A stretch of DNA of 64,000 nt from assembly GCA_002269645.1 (NCBI GenBank), contig NIVC01000094.1:620001-684000 (forward strand). The letters are read 5' to 3'. Numbering within the stretch: position 1 is the first letter of the stretch; each line of letters opens with the position of its first letter. Under the pieces are notes generated by a model that had not been told where the DNA came from, made no database searches, and saw only the letters and a program-made list of their open reading frames with translations. The stretch comes from Macrostomum lignano (lineage: Eukaryota). The translations under genes were made by a program, and so were the position numbers. Of the stretch, positions 26,217 through 38,400 are shown piece after piece.

Positions 26217-26747
26217 GCTCAGGTACCTAGTTATTCATTCGATTGAAGTTCAGGTGATGAGGATTTATGTTTCGGGTGATGAGGATTTTTAGCTTTCAGT
26301 TTCTTTTTTGAGCGTAAACCAGCGCATGGTGTCTCCTGCCAGCTTGTCTTGCTTTCACATTAATATGCTTTTCTTCATCATTTAGAAAGGGTCCATTCTA
26401 TTACTTTCATCGTCTTCCACATTTTCCTGTCCATTTAATTTTGCTTTTATTAAAACTTTATTACTAGGGTAATGAATCTTAGAACGCCAGCCATTTCAAT
26501 GTTTATCGAGTTTGCGTCCTGCAAAAAGTAGGTGAAATTCAGTCCAAATTTTGTGCCCATTTTTACCATTTTGAATTGTGCCGAAAAAATTGCTTGCATT
26601 TCTCTGTCTGTTGTGCTTTTCTGTTTTTTTTTTCGTTTTTTTCCCAATAAAAAGTTTGTTTGTTGCGATGTGGAGGTCCAAGTTTTTCGTTTCGTTTTAA
26701 TTGACTTTAAATCAGGTTTTCTGTTATTCAATTTTCAACAAACCATC

Positions 26748-27143
26748 GTTGAAAACGTTATCGCGGGAAGAATCGCTAGAGTCATTGCAAACAACTCTAG
26801 CGACTGCTGAGGCGACTCTAGTGACTAATGCGACAGAGAGGCGACTGTTGAGTCATGAGAGCATCACGTGAGTTGCAGACTCGTAAGAGTCTATTCTAAT
26901 TTATTAAGTGACGCAAATGCGACCCTACGGCCCCAGAGTCATATAGAAGCGACCCAGAGTTGTTTCAGAGTCGCAGAAAATCAAAACGCCTTAAATTGCC
27001 TCTTAAGCAACTCTTTGACGACTTTTTAGCGACTTGTACCGTGACATCTCGTTTTAAAATCGTCTAGTCACTTCTTTCCTATTTACCTGTGTTACCTGCA
27101 ACCAATCTGGGACGCTTCTTGGCCTAGGTATCGTTTTCATCGT
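26748..27143 (+). repeat. Dispersed repeat family, copy C
   Basis: Collinear similarity with copies A and B. Confidence 0.7.
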
Positions 27144-28379
27144 GGTCTGATCGCCTACTGATAAGTATTGCCAGAGAAGAATGTAAAGTGAATCTCTTTA
27201 AGTTACTCCACGCAAAGTGAACGACCTCTCCTTTAACGTTCGCTGTCAAGCTTACTTAAAGAAATCTCCTCCTTTTAAGTCCAAATATGCAGATTTACCG
27301 GTAGTTTGGACCATAGACTAAATTTCTGATTTTAATAGGGACGAGAGACTTTACAGACAAGTCAATTTTTTTTAAATTCATCCAATAATAACAGCGAACG
27401 ATAGGGAAGGTCGTTGACTTTGCCTGGTTAATATTTATTCGTCCCCAGACTAGCAATCCAGGTAGTACGAGGTACGAGACTCACTTTTGAGCACAAATAT
27501 AGAAGCTCACATGCATTCACTCTAGACTCTCTTTAGGCCAGATCTAAATTGAAAAACCAAAGACTACAGCAATTCAGTAAAGCTCCAGGCACCTGTATCA
27601 ATGATCACAGTATAAATACATTGCATAGATCTCCTGGCTCCCCCCGACTCAAAGATCTTTACACATGTTCCACCCTAGAAAGAATTGGCAGGTATTGGCC
27701 ATTCATTCGCATTTTTTCCGAATTTCGTGTGCGAACTCACAGACAGCCCCATTGGCGTGACTACAGTTCGTCGCTCTATTAAAAGTATTACCGAGAAAGG
27801 GATTGGTGGATTTTTGAAAGTAATAGAAAGTTAAAAATCTTCCATATATGGCAGTTCCAATGTTGCGTCAGGCTTAAACGATCCTGCTCTTCTCTCTGAT
27901 TGAATTCCTATATAGTCTCATGTTTGATCAGTGCAACGCAGCTGGCGACACGCGGGGGAAAACAGTTCTCCGCACCGTGGGTGGTTGAGTCCTTTTTTAC
28001 GTTTTTAAGTGCGGAGTCCCAAGGATTAACCGAGGTATTGGGGGGGGGGCAAGGAGGCACGAGACACACCAACAAGAGACAGAGTGACTGAGTATTAGAA
28101 GTGCGCGATCGATTTCCTACACGTTCGTACAGTGCACTGCTGTAGTCCAATCTGCTCGGGGGCCGACGATTTTGATCGAGCCACGCCTAATATTAACTAT
28201 TAACTGCCATCGGTTTAACTAGTTCGTGTTAGCTTTCTTGGTGTTGGACTTCCAATAGTATGCATAATATTTATTTGCTAGTGCATCATTGTGATTTATG
28301 CACTTGAGGATTGCCTTCGCTCTGAACAGCTGTTTTGTCTCACTCACTGTGCACACCGCCTTTCTCCCCATCCTTATGA

Positions 28380-31300
28380 TCTATGATCCCTCGTCCCTCT
28401 TCTCTCCGTGCTTGATCTATTCTATCACCTCTCTTCTCTCCGTGCTTGATCTATTCTATCCCCTGCTCTCTATGTTTGATCTATTCTATCCCCTCCTCTC
28501 CGTGTGTTTAATCTATTCTATCCCCTCCTCTCCGTGTGTTTGATCTATTCTATCCCCTCCTCTCTGTGTTTGATCTATTCTATCCCCTGCTCTCTGTGTT
28601 TGATCTATTCTATCCCCTGCTCTCTATGTTTGATCTATTCTATCCCCTCCTCTCTGTGTGTTTGATCTATTCTATCACATCTCTTCTCTCCGTGCTTGAT
28701 CTATTCTATCCCCTGCTCTCTGTGTTTGATCTATTCTATCCCCTCCTCTCCGTGTGTTTGATCTATTCTATCCCCTCCTCTCCGTGTGTTTGATCTATTC
28801 TATCCCCTCCTCTCTGTGTTTGATCTATTCTATTCCCTGCTCTCTGTGTTTGATCTATTCTATCCCCTGCTCTCTGTGTTTGATCTATTCTATCCCCTGC
28901 TCTCTGTGTTTGATCTATTCTATCCCCTGCTCTCTGTGTTTGATCTATTCTATCCCCTCCTCTCTGTGTTTGATCTATTCTATCACCTCCTCTCTGTGTT
29001 TGATCTATTCTATCACCTCCTCTCTGTGTTTGATCTATTCTATCCCCTCCTCTCTGTGTTTGATCTATTCTATCCCCTCCTATCTGTGTTTGATCTATTC
29101 TATCACCTCCTCTCTGTGTTTGATCTATTCTATCCCCTCCTCTCTGTGTTTGATCTATTCTATCCCCTCCTCTCCGTTTGTTTGATCTATTCTATCCCCT
29201 CCTCTCTGTGTTTAATCTATTCTATCCCCTGCTCTCTGTGTTTGATCTATTCTATCCCCTCCACTCCGTGTGTTTGATCTATTCTATCCCCTCCTCTCCG
29301 TGTGTTTGATCTATTCTATCCCCTCCTCTCTGTGTTTGATCTATTCTATCCCCTCCTCTCTGTGTTTGATCTATTCTATCCCCTACTCTCTGTGTTTGAT
29401 CTATTCTATCCCCTCCTCTCTGTGTTTGATCTATTCTATCCCCTCCTCTCTGTGTTTGATCTATTCTATCCCCTCCTCTCTGTGTTTGATCTATTCTATC
29501 CCCTCCTCTCTGTGTTTGATCTATTCTATCACCTCCTCTCTGTGTTTGATCTATTCTATCCCCTGCTCTCTGTGTTTGATCTATTCTATCCCCTGCTCTC
29601 TGTGTTTGATCTATTCTATTCCCTCCTCTCTGTGTTTGATCTATTCTATCCCCTCCTCTCTGTGTTTGATCTATTCTATCCCCTGCTCTCTGTGTTTGAT
29701 CTATTCTATCCCCTCCTCTCCGTTTGTTTGATCTATTCTATCCCCTCCTCTCTGTGTTTAATCTATTCTATCCCCTGCTCTCTGTGTTTGATCTATTCTA
29801 TCCCCTCCACTCCGTGTGTTTGATCTATTCTATCCCCTCCTCTCCGTGTGTTTGATCTATTCTATCCCCTCCTCTCTGTGTTTGATCTATTCTATCCCCT
29901 CCTCTCTGTGTTTGATCTATTCTATCCCCTACTCTCTGTGTTTGATCTATTCTATCCCCTCCTCTCTGTGTTTGATCTATTCTATCCCCTCCTCTCTGTG
30001 TTTGATCTATTCTATCCCCTCCTCTCTGTGTTTGATCTATTCTATCCCCTCCTCTCTGTGTTTGATCTATTCTATCACCTCCTCTCTGTGTTTGATCTAT
30101 TCTATCCCCTGCTCTCTGTGTTTGATCTATTCTATCCCCTGCTCTCTGTGTTTGATCTATTCTATTCCCTCCTCTCTGTGTTTGATCTATTCTATCCCCT
30201 CCTCTCTGTGTTTGATCTATTCTATCCCCTGCTCTCTGTGTTTGATCTATTCTATCCCCTGCTCTCTGTGTTTGATCTATTCTATTCCCTCCTCTCTGTG
30301 TTTGATCTATTCTATCCCCTCCTCTCTGTGTTTGATCTATTCTATCCCCTCCTCTCTGTGTTTGATCTATTCTATCCCCTCCTCTCTGTGTTTGATCTAT
30401 TCTATCACCTCCTCTCTGTGTTTGATCTATTCTATCCCCTCCTCTCTGTGTTTGATCTATTCTATCACCTCCTCTCTGTGTTTGATCTATTCTATCCCCT
30501 CCTCTCTGTGTTTGATCTATTCTATCCCCTCCTCTCTGTGTTTGATCTATTCTATCCCCTCCTGTCCGTATGTTTGATCTATTCTATCCCCTCCTCTCCG
30601 TATGTTTGATCTATTCTATCCCCTCCTCTCTGTGTTTGATCTATTCTATCACCTCCTCTCTGTGTTTGATCTATTCTATCCCCTCCTCTCTGTGTTTGAT
30701 CTATTCTATCCCCTCCTCTCTGTGTTTGATCTTTTCTATCCCCTCCCTTCACTGTGTTTGATCTATTCTATCCCCTCCTCTCTGTGTTTGATCTATTCTA
30801 TCCCCTCCCTTCACTGTGTTTGATCTATTCTATCCCCTCCTCTCTGTGTTTGATCTATTCTATCCCCTCCCTTCACTGTGTTTGATCTATTCTATCCCCT
30901 CCTCTCTGTGTTTGATCTATTCTATCCCCTCCTCTCTGTGTTTGATCTTTTCTATCCCCTCCCTTCACTGTGTTTGATCTATTCTATCCCCTCCTCTCTG
31001 TGTTTGATCTATTCTATCCCCTCCCTTCACTGTGTTTGATCTATTCTATCCCCTCCTCTCTGTGTTTGATCTATTCTATCCCCTCCCTTCACTGTGTTTG
31101 ATCTATTCTATCCCCTCCTCTCTGTGTTTGATCTATTCTATCCCCTCCTGTCCGTATGTTTGATCTATTCTATCCCCTCCTCTCCGTATGTTTGATCTAT
31201 TCTATCCCCTCCTCTCTGTGTTTGATCTATTCTATCCCCTCCTCTCTGTGTGTGATCTATTCTATCCCCTCCTCTCTGTGTTTGATCTATTCTATCCCCT

Positions 31301-31515
31301 CCTCTCTGTGTTTGATCTATTCTATCCCCTCCTCTCTGTGTTTGATCTATTCTATCCCCTCCTCTCTGTGTTTGATCTATTCTATCCCCTCCTCTCTGTG
31401 TGTGATCTATTCTATCCCCTCCTCTCTGTGTTTGATCTATTCTATCCCCTCCTCTCTGTGTTTGATCTATTCTATCCCCTCCTCTCTGTGTGTGATCTAT
31501 TCTATCCCGTCCTCT
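28380..31515. repeat. Large 30-bp satellite array (TTTGATCTATTCTATCCCCTCCTCTCTGTG), ~100 copies, with higher-order block duplication
   Basis: Tandem periodicity. The variant pattern repeats with a 546-bp offset (29270 vs 29816). Confidence 0.97.
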
Positions 31516-32409
31516 CTTCACAGTATTTGCTAAATCCTCTCCTCTCATATATTTATTTTTCAGCTCACTTTGCAAGGAATTTCAAATGCAATTTCCTTTC
31601 CTACTGCAATTTCCCACTATTGTCTGTTGCGCTTCTGTCTCCCTGCCCCTCTCTTTCTGCTTTTTTATTATTTCTTTCTCATTCTTTGCGCCGCATTCCG
31701 ATCGTTTCCCTCTCTGATTTGCTTTTTTTCAATTCTGTCCTCCCAAGCAAGCAAACAATTGCTTGGCTGTGTCTGGATTTGCATGGTTGCTGCTTGAACG
31801 GAAGCATTTGCATATAGCAGTATGCTGCGGCCCTGCTGGCCATTTCTCGGTTTTCGTCCGACTGCAGGCTGCAGCTCTGCTTTACCCCGCAACCCCGCCT
31901 GTGTTGGGGGATCGGAGGTTGGGGCTGGGTGGCACCCGGTGAGGTGGCGGCGCAGCCAGAAATCAGAGAGAATAATCAATAGGGCTCAAAACCGCCTCCG
32001 CCGCTTCTCCCTCCTTGTTCTACTGTTTTTGCCCGACTCGCACGCGCTCCGCTCTCTTCTCTGTCTACCTTTCTCTTGCTTTACTTTACATTTTCTTTTC
32101 TCGAACGATTTTGCGTTTCCATGTACGTTGTTGATAAGCCTGGGGGGGGGCATACTTCCTTGGCCCACTGATTGGCCTGGTCAGCGTGCAAGTCTCGCCT
32201 GCACTTCAATATTTGATATCTTTCTCTCCCAGGCTAGAAAATTTATGCAACAAAAGCGGTGCAAAAACACTGCTTTTGCCTGTTGTCTACCTTTTTAGGT
32301 AGCGAATCAATTGACAGCTTATAGTCAACTGCTTTCACTTGCGTGCAAGCAAAATGAACTGTAAGATATGAATGGTTAACCCACTGGGCCAGCGAGCTGA
32401 CGGATCGAC

Positions 32410-35400
32410 ATGCAGAAATCTGGCGGAGAGAACGGCAACAGCAGCAGTTTCTGGAGCTTCTTCAAGCCGAACCAGGAGGCGGCTGCAGCGGCGAAGCCGT
32501 CAGCAGCTCTGGCTGAGGCAGAAGAGGTCACTCTGGTGCCCAAGGCTGCTAAAGTGCACGTGAGTTACTGTAGTAAGGACACGGGCTAATGAGCGTCGGG
32601 GGGGGGGGCGTTGGCTGCCATCGGAGGACACGGGAGGGGGCGGTGGCTGCTATCGGAGGACACGGGAGGGGTGGCGGCTGCCATCTGAGGACACAGGAGG
32701 GGGCGGTGGCTGCCATCGGAGGACACGGGAGGGGGCGGTGGCTGCTATCGGAGGACACGGGAGGGGGCGGTGGCTGCTATCGGAGGACACGGGAGGGGTG
32801 GCGGCTGCCATCTGAGGACACAGGAGGGGGCGGTGGCTGCCATCGGAGGACACGGGAGGGGGCGGTGGCTGCTATCGGAGGACACGGGAGGGGTGGCGGC
32901 TGCCATCTGAGGACACAGGAGGGGGCGGTGGCTGCCATCGGAGGACACGGGAGGGGGCGGTGGCTGCCATCGGAGGACACGGGAGGGGGCGGTGGCTGCC
33001 ATCGGAGGACACGGGAGGGGTGGGGGCTGCCATCTGAGGACACGGGAGGGGTGGGGGCTGCCATCTGAGGACACGGGAGGGGTGGGGGCTGCCATCTGAG
33101 GACACAGGAGGGGGCGGTGGCTGCCATCGGAGGACACGGGAGGGGGCGGTGGCTGCCATCGGAGGACACGGGAGGGGGCGGTGGCTGTCATCGGAGGACA
33201 CGGGAGGGGGCGATGGCTGGCTGCCATCAAAGAAAGGATCAGAACGTGTATTGGGAGCCATCAAAAGAACTGGAAGTGGTTGCCATGGAAAGTAAACAAT
33301 ATTTATAATCATAAATTTAACCAGGGCGGCGATCCAGTTTTAATTCTGCTGCCGGACGGAGGCAGGTCGGTGAGCGCCGACTGCCGCTACTGCCTGGTGT
33401 ACGAGGGGACAAACAGGCGGCACCTGGCCTCGTGCGAGCTGGCGCCAGACCGCCGAGCGCTGTTCTCCCGGGTGCCAGGTGAGCAGGTGTTTTAAGATAA
33501 GAGTACAGTTTTATTTTCCTTGATGCTCTATAGCGTCTGACATTATGTATGATGAGGCAGGACTTATTAGAATGAAGTAATAAAAAATGTCTATTATCCA
33601 TAAAAATGTTCTTTGGAACGCGCAAAGAATAGCTAGCACTTGTTAATGTACAGCGCAATTTTACACGCATGGAATGAAAAGAAAAGGGAAAATGATGCCC
33701 AAAGCTACTCAAATTCTACTCTACAAGTCACGTAATTCACTGGCGTTTTCAAGTTGCAATGAAAGGGAGCCAAAGTTGTTAGAATGATAGTATATTATAG
33801 AATAGCAATCAGAATATTACAATGTCTCAATTAAATATTAACGTCTTGCTACAAAACAGCTCCAGGTTAGCGCAAGGCTGACATTGTGAGGAGTTGCAAA
33901 TCTCAACTTCTGAACTTCCTTTTGTTGCCGTTGCTTGGAGCTTCAGAGCTGCACTCGATCCCAGCCTGCATTAAGGGAATAGGGGTGTACTAACCGCTGG
34001 CGACTTTGCTTAACTTTTCCGACGCTCTTTACTAGCCAGAACAGCAATGGCTCTACCGAATCCTTAAAAAAACTCGCAGAGCACGACGCCCCAGAGACGG
34101 TGCGCCTCAGCCTGCACCGCCTGGCGCCAACGCCATCCAGCTCTGCTCAGCCGCTGCTCAGCAACCTGGAGTTCAGCTTCGTCCCGGATCCCATGACAGC
34201 CGTGGCCGCCGCCATCGCAGCCGCCTTCCCCTCGGTGCCGTCGGAGCTCGCCGAGCTGTCCGCCTGCGCCTCCGCTTCCGCCGCCGCCGACTGCGACCGT
34301 CAGCTGAGCGACGCGCTGAGCCGCCTTGGTGACGAGAATTTCAACAGGGTGGAGAATTTTGCCGGCCTGCAGTCGTCGGCCACCGCCCTCTACTGGCTGG
34401 CCGAGCGGGGCTGGCTGGACAGCTTCGCCGACCTGGCCACTCGGCGCCGGGACGGACAGTCAATGCTGGACACCTGGCTGTCTGCCGGCGAGGACGGCGG
34501 CAAGCGGCTTCGGCAGGCGTTGCTAAGCGACAGCCGGTGCCCGCGGGCGGCGCTCGGCTCGCCGGATCGGCTGCGTCTTTGGCTGCGCGCCGTGGCCTCC
34601 GCCTGCAGTCGGCGGCGACGTCGACGCCGGCCGCCCGGCCCTGAAGATGCCGTCGTCCGCGTGGCCAGCTGGGTGACGCCGACAGCCGCACCGTTAGTTG
34701 TCATGACAACTAATTTGGCCAAATCGTCGACGGCCTCGTTGGAGCAGGACCTGGCTCTGTTTCCTGGGCTGGAGGCCAGCCACGCTCGAGGTGGGTCCCA
34801 GATGTCTAGGAGTAGGAGCAGCTGGTATGGCATTGAATGCCGGTTCTCTACATTTTGTATCATTTTCGATTATTGCAGAGCATTTTCATCGTTACGGCTC
34901 AGATTCCGACTATGATGAGGTAAGACTACGAGCGTCGCAACGTGTGTTTTAGTAACCCCAGTCCTTGAATCTGCCTCTCCGCTCTCCCAGTCAGTGTCTC
35001 TACGCAACATTTGCAGGATGCCCCTCGAGAGACCGCTTGCGTGCAAACTGAAACCGGCAAGTCAATGGAGGACTTGCAGCAGCCACAGAAACGGCCCTTC
35101 GATGAGGTAAAGGAGGCTGCATCAAATCCCGAGACTCTCCTCCATGGTTCGCGCTCACCAGCATGCAATAACTACCCTTCGTCTCCGCTGACCTCACCTT
35201 CGCCCTTGCCGTCGCCGTCGCCGTCACCGGCCCCAGCCGTTTGCGTTGATACCGTCGATTCGGCTACGTCGAAGTCGGTCAAGTCGGCAACGTCAGCGCT
35301 CGCCCTGTCGGCCAGCGCTCGATCGATCAGCACGCCGTCGCTTTTCGGAGATTTGAATTCGTGAGATTTTTGTTGTACTCCTATTCTATTTAAATTTGCA

Positions 35401-38400
35401 ATTTTTCCTACTATCTTACTGATACGCCCTTGGACAGTAGGCTAGTAAGAAAAAGTAGCGTAACCAAACCAAACTGCAACTAACTATCGGCACTACTGCT
35501 TTTTTGAGTGCAGGCCTCAGCTGACTAACCGTGGTCCCCAAGCGTCACTCAGTCGCTAGCTGTATGGCACAGTTTTTGGGACAAGTGGCGCGCAGTTTCC
35601 CTCATCTAAACATATCCTGGTGCTTAGCGCTAGTGGGACGAAAGATAGTAAAAAATTTTAAGGTCTTCCCTATTTTTTAACAAGCTTCTCCCCGGATTTT
35701 CGATTTCATAGGGCAAAAAGTTTCTCTCAGGGAGAATTAGTCACCCCGCCCGCCACTTAAACTTCTCTCCTGCCTTTAAGCTTTGCTTCTTCTCTTTTAT
35801 AGCGAGCAGCAGCAAGGCCGAAAGAAGAGACGCAGCTTCCTGTCTAGGCTTGGCAGCAGCTACCGGATGAAGCACAAGCAGCAACAGCATCAGCAGCAGC
35901 ACCTGGCTGTGCCGCAGACTCCTGGAGACCACGACTGGGTGCTCGTCAGCTCGGGACGGTGCGCTGTGTGCGAGGCTGAGGATGGAGCTGGGTGCCGGCT
36001 CAGGTGCCGGGGTGAGGACCTGGTTCTGACTTTCCAGTTGTCTGACTGACCCTGACTCTCTGATTGGCTGTCTGACTCTCTCACTCATATGGTTTCCTGT
36101 CTCCCTGTCTCTCCGACTCTGACTCTGACTGTCCCCATTGCCAACCAGTCGCCAACTAATGCTAGCAACATGTCGCACACTCGCAGTCACAACTTCATCT
36201 CTCCGTGCCCCCCGCCTCAACAGTCTGCCAGCTTACTGTGCACAGCGCTGATCAGTGCCGCGGCCGCGTGGTCGCCTGCCTGCCGGCCATCGCTGAGACC
36301 CCGCAGCAGGGCGCTTCGGCCGCTGCCCCAGCCGCTGCTACAGCCGCGGTGAAGCCGGAGGTCGCCCTAGCGGTGGAGCTGTTCAAGAAGAAGAAGGTTT
36401 GTTTGTGTATTTGTAGCAACATAGAGAGAGATGTTAAGGCTTAGTGTGTAGAGAATTGAAGAGGCTGGTAGACAGGTAGACACAAGAGTATGGCAAATAA
36501 TAAATAATAGAAAAGACAGAGGGGGGCAAGAAGGAAGGGAGTCGATTTCCGATGTTGTAGCAAAAATAGCGAGTGAACTTTAGAGCCAAAAGCCAATTTA
36601 AAGCCAAATCCCTTAAAGCATTGGCGTCGCACACGTATAGAGAATCTAGTGAGTCTAGCGACGTAAACAAAGCAAAGATCGAAAAAGACGCCAGCCAACA
36701 TTAGACCCATTAAAACTGGCACTTCCTGTTCGTTATCTATGCTTGCAGTTGAAATGCAAGGAGCAGAACTCCCAGACTGTTGGTTGACTAGTCCATTAAC
36801 CCGGTTGCTTTACTGCACCACTGATTTTTCCTTTCTCTTATCGGGTCTTAACTGCACCAACACCAGTAAGGCATTGAAATTTAATCCACTACTGTGTAGG
36901 AGTCTCTAAAATTGCATTTGTTGACGCAATAACGGGGTATCAGTCACAGAATATCAGCTTTAAAAAGACTGTTTTGGTTCGGGTTGGGACTCGGATTTCC
37001 TGGCTGCTTCCTTCTACGGGTAGCTCGTATAAGGAGAAGGGCTGGGTTAAATGCGGTTTTGCAAGAAGTCAGAGCGCCGCTGTGGCTTATCTTTGTTATT
37101 GATTTTTCCTACTTTCTGTTCAGTTTAGAAAATCTGCGGCTAATTTTCGACAGACTTGTTATCAAAAGTGAAGATCGAGGGTCCAGAAAATCACGTGATA
37201 CTTTACTATCAGGGGTACAGAGAGTAATGTACATTCGACTTAGCAAGCGTGGCTAATAATGTACATGTAGGCTGGCTTAACTGCCGGGGGGCCCGAGGCG
37301 GGGCAATAAAATGGGGGGGGGTAGAAAAGTAACGCTGGGGTCTTTATGTTTTGTATTAGTTTAATTTTAGTTAATTCGATTTAATGGCCCAAACAAATTA
37401 GCTAAGGTCAAAGGATCTCTTTGTGCTCCAATTGATGTGGAATTCCTTGGACGACACAATACTACTACTGAATTGAAGAGAAAAATAAGTAGCTTAATAG
37501 CATTATGCTAAACTAGTCAGCTACCTAAATTTGACGTATTGGGTATCTGTCTGTACTGTACTATCAGTTGTTTTGTGTTCTAATATCAAATAGGAATTTT
37601 TAGAACTTTGTTGTAACCCGGGTCGGCTTGGGTGCCCAGTCCCGAGTACAATATATATTATATGTGATATAACAGGCGTTGTGACGCTCTGTCTGTACTT
37701 TTATGAATACGACGAGCAGGCGTGGCGACGCTCTGCGATAATAATTTGATCCCTCTGGTGTTGTGACACTCAGAGTTCACGCTGCGGCTCGAGGTGTGGT
37801 GACACTCTCGAGTGCTTCTATTCTCTATACCGTAGGGCGTACGCAATATATGGTAAACGGTACCGTACTACAGAAGCTATATGGTCTCCCGGCGTTATGA
37901 CGCTCTGGCAAGAATTCGGCCTAGCAAGCTTCCCGAAAAGAAAGGACTCAAACAGCAGGCGGCTTACCAGTGGCCAGATGACTGTTCACCGTTTATTATT
38001 CGCAGGTCTCAAGCGCAGTTTCCGACTTCTTCTTAATTCTCCAAGACTCTTCTCAATTAGGCTATTGTCTTTCTTTTATCGAAGTAGCTAATGTTGCTGT
38101 TTCTTTTATCAGGTCTCGCGCTTGCACTCTCGGAGCACACCAAAACACAAAAAGCACGCAGGTGGTGGGCAAGAGCCAGAGTCGCACCATAAATAGCACC
38201 CAAACCCTGGGGCAGACGGCCCCACCGGCTAAGCTCACCAAAACAAACCACGCCGGCCCAGCCAATCAAAACCCCGCCTAAGGGGGGAGGGGCAGCACCC
38301 GCGCCAAAGCTGGCCCGGCCGCAGCCAACCAGCCCTGAGCACGGGGCAGGGGCACGGCTGGGGAGGGGCACGCGCAAAGCCCGGCCGGCGGCCAAACCCT

